From Armatimonadota bacterium (lineage in GTDB: Bacteria; Armatimonadota; UBA5829; DTLH01), in NCBI GenBank assembly GCA_038207085.1, contig JBBRAE010000024.1, forward strand, positions 1 through 44,680: 44,680 bases of DNA, in the 5' to 3' direction. The notes beneath the pieces are model-generated. The model did not search any database, was not told where the DNA came from, and saw only the letters and a program-made list of their open reading frames with translations. Positions 26,640 through 36,390 of the stretch are shown here, piece after piece. How positions within the stretch are numbered: position 1 is the first letter of the stretch; each line of letters opens with the position of its first letter. Position numbers and translations under genes: made by a program.

Positions 26640-26679
26640 ATTGAGCCGAAGGAGAACTATCCCAACCGGCTCATAGCCT

Positions 26680-27684
26680 CTATCTTCCCCGCAGAATCCT
26701 CCGCAGGCGATAGATGTCGCGCCTTTTGCTGTCGATCTCGTCTGGGGTCAGGTTTCGGTTTCGGGTCATGTCAAACCTTGAGATCGCCAAAATCCCGTCT
26801 ACCAAATACTCCTTTGGCGCGGCCTCGATGTCCGGGTCCCGGTTTTCAAGATCGCGCAACCCCATACGTCCCTTGACGTAGAGCATCGCCGCAAAGAGAT
26901 CGATCAACTCCTCATTGGACATCGCCTCAAGCTCCTCGCGGGAGTAGACGTGATCTTCCAGGTAGCTGTATTCCACGCTGTAGGGAGGATCGTCCCCGAA
27001 CGACTCCGCAAGGAACTTGGCCGCCCGCCAGTTCAGGATCACCCGCCGTCCTTCGGCTGTATAGTAGAGCTTGATCTCCGGGTCGTAGATAGCCGTCGTC
27101 CGACCGTCGTCCACCTGCGCCGTGTACATCTTGCGCACCGCGTAGCGCCCACCTGGTGACTCGATCGCGTCGATATCGGGCTCGGCCACATCGATCACCT
27201 TGGCGTAGTGATTGTGGCAGGACTCGATCTCGGGGCGAAGCTCGCCGCGGATCCTGATGTAGTCGCCCTGAGAGACAGGCAGGTCGCGCCCCTCACGCTG
27301 CGCCGCCGCATCCGACTCCTCACGCACCCGCGACTCCTCGATGTGCATCCGAAGAAACCGCGCCAGAGGCGACTCGTCTACGGACCGGCTGAGCTCTTCT
27401 GCCAGACGCTCCACATCGACCTGCGGACGCACGCTGCCCGTCCTCTTCGGCGCATAGCTTGCGTAGAGAATATCGGGCTCCGGCACCCTCACAACTTCGC
27501 CCGTTCGCAAGTTCTCGACCGTATATACCCAGACGTGGTCGTCCGCGCCTCCCGCGTCAACCGACCGCACAGTGCCAAGCGTGCGCTCGGGGCCATACTG
27601 ACCGTATTCCCGCGTGGACCTGCCGGGGTTGGAGTGCCTGTAAACTACGTTTCTACCAATGCTGTATTTATAATCATCTATCAT
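26680..27684 (-). CDS. Hypothetical protein, possibly two SH3/Tudor-like barrels plus helical C-terminus
   Basis: Long ORF with host-like codon use; two similar beta-segments. Confidence 0.6.
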   Translation of the reverse strand: MIDDYKYSIGRNVVYRHSNPGRSTREYGQYGPERTLGTVRSVDAGGADDHVWVYTVENLRTGEVVRVPEPDILYASYAPKRTGSVRPQVDVERLAEELSRSVDESPLARFLRMHIEESRVREESDAAAQREGRDLPVSQGDYIRIRGELRPEIESCHNHYAKVIDVAEPDIDAIESPGGRYAVRKMYTAQVDDGRTTAIYDPEIKLYYTAEGRRVILNWRAAKFLAESFGDDPPYSVEYSYLEDHVYSREELEAMSNEELIDLFAAMLYVKGRMGLRDLENRDPDIEAAPKEYLVDGILAISRFDMTRNRNLTPDEIDSKRRDIYRLRRILRGR

Positions 27685-27866
27685 CGCACTATCGTCTTCT
27701 CCGATATTAATTATACCTCTTTTGACAAACACAAAGTGCCTATTGATTTTCGGCTCGAATACTCAGTGGCTGACAGTAAAGCTATCTGCCGAAAATCCAT
27801 AGATGGGCCAGTCCCACGCGTCATGCCAGAGCTCTGAAGCGATATTTTCAGTAATAATACCTGGAT

Positions 27867-27882
27867 TGGCACCATTCTTGCA
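27867..27882 (+). promoter_or_regulatory. Sigma54 -24/-12 promoter
   Basis: TGGCACCATTCTTGCA, consensus TGGCAC-N5-TTGCA, upstream of the second PEP-CTERM gene. Confidence 0.8.
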
Positions 27883-27963
27883 TTATAGACTTCCAGATGA
27901 ACCAGTAAGTGTTAACAGGTACGGAAACGAAGGATCGATTAATGCAAGGTAATACAAAATACT

Positions 27964-28044
27964 CTAACCCGCATTATTCACGAGTAGCGTGAATAATGCT
28001 CTGTTAGCGAAAGCTTTATTCGCTTCACGAATAAAGCAGGGTAA
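27964..28044. mobile_element. MITE family A, copy 3
   Basis: Same double hairpin, TA-flanked. Confidence 0.85.
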
Positions 28045-28062
28045 CGAAAGGTAGCGATTTCA

Positions 28063-28821
28063 TTGAGAAAGGCACTTATATTATCGGCAGTCTTACTCAC
28101 AGTGGCATCATCAGCAATTATGGCCGCGGACACACTTGGCAGATCGTTTCTGAACGCTCCAGTCGGCAGCGTCGAGCAGCTCAGCCAGCAAGTGGCTAAC
28201 GATGCTGTCGTCGCCGCAAGGTACGCCAAGCACTTCCACACATCACGCAGCGCTGTAGCTGAGTATTTCACGGAGAACCTCGCGGTGGGAATGCTCACCC
28301 AGGACGTGGAATGCACTGTCTACTCGATCAGCGACAAGACGGGAGTCGTCTCCTGCAAAATGGTCCTTGGAAAAGGGACTCCTGTCTTCCTGTCAGCCGA
28401 CGGTCGCCCAATGCTCGTGCTTGCAACGGGCAACCCACTGACAAGCGCGATGCCGGTCGCGGGAATCAGCCCCAAAGAGGTCAAGACCGGCTCGGTCTCA
28501 GCATCGACCGACTGGGTTGTGACCAAGGTTCTTGGGGACACTTCATCTCTTGCAGCGGCTGTGGCTGACCCTGTGGCTCAGTCAGTCGCAACGACCCCTG
28601 TAGCCGCAGCACCGGCAACTATCGGCAGATCGAAGTCATTCCCGGTCGCGATTCCGATTGCGGCGCTCGTAGGCGGTCTTGCGATGGTTGGAGGCGGCAG
28701 TTCAAACGGCGCCACCCCCCGAAGTGAGGCCCCGCTCGACCTGGTCCCCGAGCCCGCCTCGATGGCGATGCTCGCGCTGGGAGCAGGAGCGCTTTTCTCC
28801 AAAATCAGAAAGAGCGCCTGA
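28063..28821 (+). CDS. PEP-CTERM surface protein
   Basis: Signal peptide; VPEPASMAMLALGAGAL + KIRK. Confidence 0.88.
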   Translation: MRKALILSAVLLTVASSAIMAADTLGRSFLNAPVGSVEQLSQQVANDAVVAARYAKHFHTSRSAVAEYFTENLAVGMLTQDVECTVYSISDKTGVVSCKMVLGKGTPVFLSADGRPMLVLATGNPLTSAMPVAGISPKEVKTGSVSASTDWVVTKVLGDTSSLAAAVADPVAQSVATTPVAAAPATIGRSKSFPVAIPIAALVGGLAMVGGGSSNGATPRSEAPLDLVPEPASMAMLALGAGALFSKIRKSA

Positions 28822-28851
28822 CCGAGATAGACAAGCAATAAGTAAAGTGGT

Positions 28852-28906
28852 AAAGTGGAAAGCGCAGGGAGTATGGAATACTCGACCCTCTGCGTTTTCC
28901 ACTTTT
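28852..28906 (+). terminator. Probable intrinsic terminator
   Basis: AAAGTGGAAAGCGCAG..CTGCGTTTTCCACTTTT stem. Confidence 0.6.
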
Positions 28907-28936
28907 GGTTTGTGTCCGGTAGAAAAAGTGACATCA

Positions 28937-29704
28937 GTGCCTATTTCACAACAGCCGTTTCCGTTTCTACATACCGCATCGCGCATTATCGAGAGCAAGG
29001 GAAACGTGTGCCTGCGCAGTTGCTGTGTATGTGGCGGCACCAGACCGTTTGCGCGCAAGCTCAGGAATGAGAAGCTGGTCTGCACCCTTTGCGGCAGCAT
29101 CGGCCGACAGCGAGCGCTCATATCATTGATGGATCACTTCTTTCCTGATTGGGAGAGCAGCAAGATACACGAATCTTCGCCTGGTGGCGCAACGCTGCCG
29201 AGGTTTGCTCGGGACTGTGTCGATTACATCCCCACGCATTTCTGGCCCGATGCCCCCGCTGGGTCGTTTAGAGACGGCTTCAGATGCGAGAACCTTGAGA
29301 ACATGACGTTTGAGGACGATAGCTTCGATATTGTGATCACCCAAGACGTCTTTGAGCACATTTATCACCCCCAAAAGGCTTTCCAAGACGTTATTCGCAC
29401 TCTTAGGCCCGGAGGGGCCCACATCTTCACCATACCGATCGACGGCAGGACACTTAGCACGACTCGCGCCAGAGAAGAAGACGGATCTCTCACCTATATT
29501 CTGCCGCCACAATATCATGGCAACCCGATTGACCCGAACGGATCGGTAGTCATAACGGATTGGGGCACCGACATCGTCGAATATATTCACCAAGCGACCG
29601 GCATGAACACTCTTCTCTGCCGGATCAGAAACACAAAAGCCAGCATAGAGGGTCGCCACCGGCAAGACACCCACTCCGAGATATTCATCACCTGGAAAAC
29701 ATAG
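28937..29704 (+). CDS. Class I SAM-dependent methyltransferase with N-terminal Zn-ribbon (start uncertain, 28937 or 29006)
   Basis: CCVCG, CTLCGS..RQR, FEDDSFDIVITQDVFEHI, RTLRPGG. Confidence 0.82.
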   Translation: MPISQQPFPFLHTASRIIESKGNVCLRSCCVCGGTRPFARKLRNEKLVCTLCGSIGRQRALISLMDHFFPDWESSKIHESSPGGATLPRFARDCVDYIPTHFWPDAPAGSFRDGFRCENLENMTFEDDSFDIVITQDVFEHIYHPQKAFQDVIRTLRPGGAHIFTIPIDGRTLSTTRAREEDGSLTYILPPQYHGNPIDPNGSVVITDWGTDIVEYIHQATGMNTLLCRIRNTKASIEGRHRQDTHSEIFITWKT

Positions 29705-29716
29705 ACCTGAATATTC

Positions 29717-30994
29717 TTACTTCATCTGCCGAATCGCACTTATCGCGATCTCTTTCAGGTAACCGGACCTTGACTCGGCGAACTGCACCAGCAGAGCCCG
29801 CGCCTTCGGCCCCCCCGTATAGGCAAGCGCGCTGACCGCACTTTTCACGACCTCTTCACTCGAGTCTTTCAGCATATCTGTGAGCGTATCAATGACGTGT
29901 TCATCACTGAAACGGGCCAGGGTGAGCGCCGCCTGGCTGCGAACAAGCGGCTCTTTGTCCACCTTGGCGCGCCGGATAACTGCGTTTATCGTCCCATCAA
30001 ACTGTGCGCTTCCGAGCACCAGGAGCGCGCACCTGCGAACAAGCGGCGCGTTGTCCTCAAGCGAAGAGAGCGCCACAGGCTTTAGCTCGGGCTTCAATGC
30101 GGCTTTGTCGAGCACGCTTAGCGACAGAAGTGCGTCAGCGCGCTGCCTTTCCTTGCCGTCCTTCACCCATACCACAAGCGCCGGGACGATCTTGCCCGCT
30201 GGCGGATTGAACCGCGCAAGCAAGAGTGCGAACGTCTCGCTCGGTCCGTTTTTCTCAAGGTCCGAGACAAGCGCGTCGGCCATGCTCGCGCCGAGCTCCG
30301 AAGCCGACTCGATCTTGGCAAACCTGGCGAACGCGGCCTCGACCTCTGCGGCTATCTCGGGCTGCCGCGACACCTTCACAAGCTCCGGCACGGCTCTGGG
30401 ATCAAGGGTCAGGCCGAGCGAACACACCGCCGCGGCCTTTTCATCCCTGGTCTTTGCAGCTTTCAGCTTGTCTCTGGCGTCAGAGAGCCTGCGGTCGAGC
30501 CCTTCCTGAGTCGCCCCGACCACTGTAAAGGCGACGCTCGGGCTCTCCACCTTGGCCGCGTCATCAGTCGGAGGAAGAAGCGTGTACGGCGGCCACGGGG
30601 ATACTCTGGGTGACCAGACCGCGCGCGCCGAATACTTCCCCGGCGAGGCTACTACCGCCCAGCGGTTCGCAACGTCGCTTATCACCGCCGTCTTGCCTGC
30701 GGCAATAGAAACTGGAGTTCCGGTCTTCGAAGAGGCCCCGAAGTACGCCGAAACCGGCTTGCCGGACTCGTCCAGCACTTCGAGCCGACAGTCAAGCGGC
30801 ATCCCCGCGGCGCGGTTGTCGACATAGATCACTGCATCGCGTTCGGTCGTATTGGTAAAGGTCAAGTCGAAGCCAACGGCCTCCCCGACCTCAAAACTGC
30901 TTCCCTTGAGCGCAAGATCGAGCTTGATATCATCCACCGCATAAGCAGAGCACGCCGCAGCAAGCACAAACATAACCCAAAGACTCTTTCTCAT
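29717..30994 (-). CDS. Secreted protein with Ig-like N-domain and HEAT/PBS-lyase repeats (start 30994)
   Basis: Signal peptide; repeated PLVR..A..L motifs. Confidence 0.75.
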   Translation of the reverse strand: MRKSLWVMFVLAAACSAYAVDDIKLDLALKGSSFEVGEAVGFDLTFTNTTERDAVIYVDNRAAGMPLDCRLEVLDESGKPVSAYFGASSKTGTPVSIAAGKTAVISDVANRWAVVASPGKYSARAVWSPRVSPWPPYTLLPPTDDAAKVESPSVAFTVVGATQEGLDRRLSDARDKLKAAKTRDEKAAAVCSLGLTLDPRAVPELVKVSRQPEIAAEVEAAFARFAKIESASELGASMADALVSDLEKNGPSETFALLLARFNPPAGKIVPALVVWVKDGKERQRADALLSLSVLDKAALKPELKPVALSSLEDNAPLVRRCALLVLGSAQFDGTINAVIRRAKVDKEPLVRSQAALTLARFSDEHVIDTLTDMLKDSSEEVVKSAVSALAYTGGPKARALLVQFAESRSGYLKEIAISAIRQMK

Positions 30995-31019
30995 AACACA
31001 CATTCCTCTCGATCCTGAC

Positions 31020-31544
31020 TCAGTCCTGCGAAGACAACCCGTCTTCGTCTTCATCTTTGCCGCCGCTATCGGTCTCGCCTATGCCACAGACCTCGACCTG
31101 TGCCACTTTAAAGGCACTCCCGATGTCCCGAATCGCATAGACCGTCCCCGCAAGCACCGATGTCATACCCGCCAAAAACACCAAAAGCGCAGGGACGACC
31201 GGCACCCCTATCCCAAACGTAAGGCCCGCGCCAATTACTATAGACGACAGAACAAAGAGCGCAATCGCCACATACAGGCTCATAATCGAGTTTCTAACGA
31301 GCCTAGTGCGCTCGAGTATCATCCCGATCTGGCAGCTGACCGCCCCAAGCCGCAGAGCGTCGAACTCATCGACCGAAAGCGACAGCCCGCGTTTCTCTTC
31401 ATTGAGCGCGCGGAGCCGGTCGGTCAGGTGCGAGTATTTCGCATGGAGCGCAAGTATCATAAGTGCGCTCGCGCTGATCATAATCGCAGGCGCGACAATC
31501 CCGTTTATGGCCCGCGCCAGGGCCGCAACATCACCAGTTGGCAC
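31020..31544 (-). CDS. DUF2721-like membrane protein
   Basis: VAPAIMISASALM..LTDRLR; three TM helices. Confidence 0.8.
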   Translation of the reverse strand: MPTGDVAALARAINGIVAPAIMISASALMILALHAKYSHLTDRLRALNEEKRGLSLSVDEFDALRLGAVSCQIGMILERTRLVRNSIMSLYVAIALFVLSSIVIGAGLTFGIGVPVVPALLVFLAGMTSVLAGTVYAIRDIGSAFKVAQVEVCGIGETDSGGKDEDEDGLSSQD

Positions 31545-31750
31545 TATGTAACATCCTCCACCGAAGTTCGCGACGATGGTTCGGGATTTGCAATCCCGGA
31601 CCCCCTATTTTGCAGATCCGTGACCCACCACCATGTCCCCTACGCCAAACGATCTCACTCGTCCTGCATGTTTCGAGCTCACCTGCCCTCAGGCTTTGCC
31701 CCTGCCCTGCCGATAATCCAATAATGAATAGCTCATGACCGGAGGAATTG

Positions 31751-33601
31751 ATGACAAAGGCCCGGACTTCACTTGAGGCTAGACTTAGCCTGTTAATGAT
31801 AGGAATACTGTTTGTAGTGCTCTTTGGCATAGGCGGATTCGCGATTCAGTCGCAAAACCGCGCAATAGTCGAGCACACCGAGCGCGGGTTCGACCTCGTC
31901 ACCCGGGCGCTCTCCGTCGGCGCGCCTTCCGCCGCACGCGGCGAAGTGACAGCCGATGTAGACCGTCTGATCAAAAACTCAGAGTCAGGTCTGAAATACG
32001 TCCTGGTCACCGATCAAAACGGCCAAGCGCTTTTCTCAAGCTCGCGCACGCCCGTCGAAATCTTAAGCTCACCATCTCGGATCGCCAAGAGCCACATCGA
32101 GTCGGCAAACGGCATAGACCCCGGACGCATTTATTCATCTACCCATCCCGTAGCGATCTCGAAAACCCGCGACGGCATCTTCACCGCAGCCTGGGACACA
32201 TCCGGGATGCACGACGAGATTATCTCAGCCACCGCAAAGACTCTTTTGATAGTCTCTCTCGGCTTTATCGCCGGTATAATACTCTCACTCACCTTTGCAC
32301 GGAGCATCACAAACGCGATTCGCCCACTCACCGACTGCGCGAGGTCCGTCGCCGCAGGCAATCTCACCTGCAAGGCTCCGGGCTCACCCCGGGGCGAGAT
32401 CGGCGAGCTCACACAGGCGTTCAACTACATGGTCGAGGTGCTCCACGGCAACCAGGAGCAGCTAATTGAGCGCGCCAACACCGACGTGCTGACCGGCCTC
32501 TATAACCACCGGTATTTCCAGGAGCGGCTCCAGGACGAAGTCAATCGCGCGGCCCGCTACGGAGGCAAAGTCGCGCTCCTGATGATAGACATCGACTACT
32601 TCAAGACCTTTAACGACGACCACGGCCACCCAACCGGCGACGCAGCGCTCCACGGGCTCGCGCAGGTGCTGATGCAGAGTATCCGCGACACCGACATCCC
32701 CGTGCGCTACGGCGGCGAGGAGTTCGCTGTAATTCTCCCTGAAACAGGCATGCGCGAAGCCTCACAAACCGCCGAGCGTATTCGAAAGTCTGTCGAAGAG
32801 TGTCATTTCGCCGATCCGGAGCACCAAAAGCTCTCGCTCACCGTAAGCATCGGCGCGTCGGAGTTCCCGACGCACGCCTCAGACCGCACAGGCCTTATCA
32901 GCACCGCCGACATCGCGCTCTACCAGGCGAAGGCAAAGGGCCGTAACAGGACCGAGACCTACAGCGCCGACTGCCCCGCGATGCCCAAACCGGACCCGCA
33001 AAAGCTCTACGTGCTCCTGCACACTGACGACATGGCCACAATCGAGGCACTCGCCGAAGCCATTGACGCCAAGCTCAAGCTCTCCGCCGGCCACTCGCAC
33101 CAGGTGGCAAGGCACGCTATGGCGATCGGAAAAAAGATGGGGCTCTCAGAGGCCGAGCGCGCAGGGATCCAACTCGCGGCGCTGCTTCGGGATGTCGGCC
33201 AGATCGCCGTACCCGACGCGGTCCTCAGCAAGTCCGCAGCGCTTTCAACCGAAGAGATGGCGGAGGTCGCTACCCACCCCATGCTCGGGCACGCGATCAT
33301 CCAAAAGGCCCCGCACCTGTCCAGCGTGCTTCCGGCGATCCTGCATCACCACGAGCACTACAACGGCACCGGCTACCCGTCCCACATCGCAGCCGACCAG
33401 ATTCCGCTCGCCGCAAGGATAATCGCCGTAGCCGACGCCTACCAGTCGATGCTGATCTCCCGCCCCCACCGCAAGTACCTGACCCCAGGCGAGGCCCAAA
33501 TGGAGCTCGCATCAAAAAGCGGCAGCCAGTTCGATCCAAAAGTAGTGGATGCGTTCCTTGAAGTTCTCGCCGAAGAAACCGGCTACAGACAAGCGGCGTG
33601 A
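31751..33601 (+). CDS. Membrane sensor HAMP-GGDEF-HD-GYP protein
   Basis: Two TMs, HAMP EIGELTQAFN, RYGGEEF intact, I-site RDTD; HD-GYP with LLRDVG and HHEHYNGTGYP. Confidence 0.92.
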   Translation: MTKARTSLEARLSLLMIGILFVVLFGIGGFAIQSQNRAIVEHTERGFDLVTRALSVGAPSAARGEVTADVDRLIKNSESGLKYVLVTDQNGQALFSSSRTPVEILSSPSRIAKSHIESANGIDPGRIYSSTHPVAISKTRDGIFTAAWDTSGMHDEIISATAKTLLIVSLGFIAGIILSLTFARSITNAIRPLTDCARSVAAGNLTCKAPGSPRGEIGELTQAFNYMVEVLHGNQEQLIERANTDVLTGLYNHRYFQERLQDEVNRAARYGGKVALLMIDIDYFKTFNDDHGHPTGDAALHGLAQVLMQSIRDTDIPVRYGGEEFAVILPETGMREASQTAERIRKSVEECHFADPEHQKLSLTVSIGASEFPTHASDRTGLISTADIALYQAKAKGRNRTETYSADCPAMPKPDPQKLYVLLHTDDMATIEALAEAIDAKLKLSAGHSHQVARHAMAIGKKMGLSEAERAGIQLAALLRDVGQIAVPDAVLSKSAALSTEEMAEVATHPMLGHAIIQKAPHLSSVLPAILHHHEHYNGTGYPSHIAADQIPLAARIIAVADAYQSMLISRPHRKYLTPGEAQMELASKSGSQFDPKVVDAFLEVLAEETGYRQAA

Positions 33602-33610
33602 GGAAAGTGG

Positions 33611-33988
33611 CTAGTCGCTAGCTAGAGAGGCTTGGACCGACGTCATCAACCCGTTGAGCATTTTGCCTACCTCGGTGGAGAGCGCCTGCGGCTTTGTGAG
33701 TTGGTCTTTGTTCATAAGACCGACTCGCTCGGCCAAGAGAAGATGAGTCTCAAACTCGCCGAGCGATCCTTTGGAAATGCTGAGGAAGTGTAAAAACTCC
33801 TTCTTGTATCCGCGAGAGTGTCCTTCCGCGATATTCGCAGGCACCGAACAAGCGCACCTCCGAATCTGCGAAACCATCCCAAATAGTTCGTCTTTAGGAA
33901 AGCTACGCGTGATCTCATAGCAAAGCTCAGCTAAATCCATAGACTTCTGCCAAACCACCAGATCCCCGTAATGCCTAACACTCACCAC
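33611..33988 (-). CDS. Four-helix-bundle protein (23S rRNA IVP-like family)
   Basis: DLVVWQKSM, FPKDELFGMVSQIRR, SVPANIAEG, FLSISKGSLGE. Confidence 0.92.
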   Translation of the reverse strand: MVSVRHYGDLVVWQKSMDLAELCYEITRSFPKDELFGMVSQIRRCACSVPANIAEGHSRGYKKEFLHFLSISKGSLGEFETHLLLAERVGLMNKDQLTKPQALSTEVGKMLNGLMTSVQASLASD

Positions 33989-34012
33989 AACTCTCCCCCT
34001 AGCGGCTAGCCA

Positions 34013-34093
34013 CTAGCCCGCATTATTCACCAGTAGCGTGAATAATGCTCTGTTAGCGAAAGCTTTATTCGCTTCACGAATAAAGCGGGCTAG
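34013..34093. mobile_element. MITE family A, copy 4
   Basis: Terminal IRs CTAGCCCGCATTATTC / GAATAAAGCGGGCTAG (15/16), embedded in CTAG heptamers. Confidence 0.85.
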
Positions 34094-34106
34094 CTACTAG
34101 CTACTA

Positions 34107-34814
34107 TCATGGTCTCTGCGGATTCTTCCCTCGAACAAGCTTCTTCAGCCCGCGAAAGACGCGACGGGAGCGGGAGACTCGGTGGCCGAGGACGATGATG
34201 CGGACGATGTCGTAGTACATCTTTATGCGTGCGACGGTTCCAGGCCAGTAGCCGAGCTTCTCTTCCTTCATAACGTGCGTGCAACCGTGGATGGTGACGG
34301 TGCCCATCTTGAGCCCGTTTGCTCGGAAATACTTGCTCATCGCCACTTCCACGCCGGAACGCACCGTGTCGATTTCGGGGATATCGAGGAAAACGCTGCG
34401 AGTCAGTGCACGCTGGCCTGAGATATAAGGGGCTACGACCTGCGCGAGGTCGGTCACTTTTCTGCCACCAGCAAAAAGGCCGATGCAGACATCCATCTCG
34501 CAATCGACCACGGGGCGGACGATCGAGTCTATCTGATCTCCCGTGATCCCGATCAGGTCGGCGTCGAGGAACAAAATCACTTCGGCGTCGGTGTTTGAAG
34601 CTCCGGCGTACATAGCCCCGCCCTTGCCCAGGTTTTCAGCAAGCTCAACCAGGCGAACATACTCGTGAGAGCGGGCGACTTCCGAGGTGTTATCGACCGA
34701 CCCGTCGTTGACGACGACGATCTCGTCGACAAGCGCCGCGTTGTTGATCGCCTCAAGAACCGCGCTCAGTCTGCAAGCCTCGTTATACGCCGGCACAATG
34801 GCCGCAACCTTCAA
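34107..34814 (-). CDS. Glycosyltransferase family 2 (TTG start 34814)
   Basis: VPAYNE, VVNDGS.DNT, NLGKGGAM, FLDADL, SGQRA. Confidence 0.9.
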   Translation of the reverse strand: MKVAAIVPAYNEACRLSAVLEAINNAALVDEIVVVNDGSVDNTSEVARSHEYVRLVELAENLGKGGAMYAGASNTDAEVILFLDADLIGITGDQIDSIVRPVVDCEMDVCIGLFAGGRKVTDLAQVVAPYISGQRALTRSVFLDIPEIDTVRSGVEVAMSKYFRANGLKMGTVTIHGCTHVMKEEKLGYWPGTVARIKMYYDIVRIIVLGHRVSRSRRVFRGLKKLVRGKNPQRP

Positions 34815-34827
34815 TATTCCACCCCTG

Positions 34828-35565
34828 CTACTTGCATTGCCCCGCCGCCTTTTTCTTGGCCAGATAATCCTCCGCACGAAGAATTCGGTTTTCCGTAAGC
34901 GGGTGAGTCTGCAAAAAGGCTGGGGTCGCTCCACGTTTTTCGCTTGCGACGAGCACGCGGAAGAAATTGATCAACCCTTGAGGATTGTACTGCGATGGGC
35001 AGGTATAGTCAATGCCCAGCTTGTCCGCCTCATACTCTTCCTCCCTGCTGTAGTGCAGGAGATTGAGGTTCGCGAACACCGCGGCATACTGTTGAACGTT
35101 CCCTTTGGTAAGCGTCCCGATAGCGATCCCATAGATCTGCTGTCGGCCCATCTGCTCGGCCGAGTGTCTGGCCTGCACGTGCCCAATCTCGTGGGCGATG
35201 ACCCCCGCGATCTGGTTCGTGTCGCCCTTGGCAGCCTCGATCAGGCCGCGCTCGACGTATATCCAACCACCGGGCAGGGCGAACGCGTTCACTTCGTCGG
35301 AATCAATCACCTTGAAAGTGTATGTGATCCCCTTACGCACTGTGATATGGCGCAAAATATTCTCACCGATCCCGCTGACGAGCTGGTTCTGCCTCACGTC
35401 TTTGCTGATCGGATACTTTTTCTCCACATCGATCGACGCCTGTCGCCCGACCTCCACCTCATCGCTCGTGGAGACGATATCCTCAGGCTTGCACCCGGAG
35501 ACTGCGCTGCAGATCACCCCGATGGCCATAAGCAGAAGGACTTTACTTGCGAGTATTCGTTTCAT
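34828..35565 (-). CDS. M48-family metallopeptidase lipoprotein (start 35565)
   Basis: Lipobox VSGC; NAFALPGG, HEIGH, YSREEEYEAD, THP. Confidence 0.9.
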   Translation of the reverse strand: MKRILASKVLLLMAIGVICSAVSGCKPEDIVSTSDEVEVGRQASIDVEKKYPISKDVRQNQLVSGIGENILRHITVRKGITYTFKVIDSDEVNAFALPGGWIYVERGLIEAAKGDTNQIAGVIAHEIGHVQARHSAEQMGRQQIYGIAIGTLTKGNVQQYAAVFANLNLLHYSREEEYEADKLGIDYTCPSQYNPQGLINFFRVLVASEKRGATPAFLQTHPLTENRILRAEDYLAKKKAAGQCK

Positions 35566-35962
35566 TACCTTCCATCCTCTTCCCTTCACCCTTGGAGATG
35601 CCGTCGATCGCGTTTTTGATGTCTGAGACGGCACCGTTTACGCCTCGAACTGCGCTGTCGGCTATGTCCTTGGACATCTCCGATGCCTTATCGAGCTTCT
35701 GCAGGCTCTTGTTCAGCTCCTGCCGGGCCCGCTCGAACTGTCCGCGTGCGACCAGATCTTTGGCGCGCTCTGTCTGTTTTCTGGCGTCCTCAACGAGCCT
35801 GTTAAGCTCCTTTTCGGCCCCATCCTGCCCAGCCGGCTTCTCAGCCCGAGCTCTAACGCCGACGAGTTCCGCCCGAAGCTCTCTGATCTGCCACGTATTG
35901 TAGGCAGAAAGCGCGATCAGCCCAACAACTGCAAGCATAAGAAACGGCGTCAGACACCTCAA
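35543..35962 (-). CDS. Membrane-anchored coiled-coil hypothetical protein
   Basis: N-terminal TM then heptads; SD AAGGAG; overlaps the M48 start. Confidence 0.7.
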   Translation of the reverse strand: MRCLTPFLMLAVVGLIALSAYNTWQIRELRAELVGVRARAEKPAGQDGAEKELNRLVEDARKQTERAKDLVARGQFERARQELNKSLQKLDKASEMSKDIADSAVRGVNGAVSDIKNAIDGISKGEGKRMEGNETNTRK

Positions 35963-36178
35963 TGTAGAAGAAACTCCTTACGTATAGACTCCTAAGACGG
36001 TCCATCCGCAGGGTTCTAGCCACAAGTGTGTACCCTCACGCCTCCCGGCTGCAAACGACCGCCCACCGTACCAGCGATTTATTATACCAGCCTACCGACA
36101 ATATGCGCAACGCCACCTCGCGGATGTCTATGGTTTGGGATTAGCTCCCGGGGATTGGTGGGGCTGATTCTTTGGGTG

Positions 36179-36306
36179 GAGCGCACGTTTCGAGAGCCTC
36201 AACGTGATTGGTTTTCTATTGATCTTTAGTTGAGAGATTGGTGGTCGCTCACTCATATATCCACCCACGCCAACCCCTCACCCTGAGGCTCTCGAAGGGT
36301 GCGCTA
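36179..36306. repeat. REP doublet/MITE family B, copy 2
   Basis: Same terminal IRs and internal sequence as 11954-12090. Confidence 0.8.
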
Positions 36307-36390
36307 CACAGATCAAAGGGCCTACTACAACAAAGGAAAGCTAACACAGTCCCCCACAGCAAACACCGCAGGGGACTGCCAGACTTAGGG

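Noticed and set aside
33611..33988. Diversity-generating retroelement (Avd-like gene)
   Set aside because: No reverse transcriptase and no TR/VR pair with adenine-specific mismatches seen in the window.
1413..34093. CRISPR array from the recurring hairpin repeats
   Set aside because: Copies are dispersed and 75-137 bp long, with no repeat-spacer periodicity and no cas genes.
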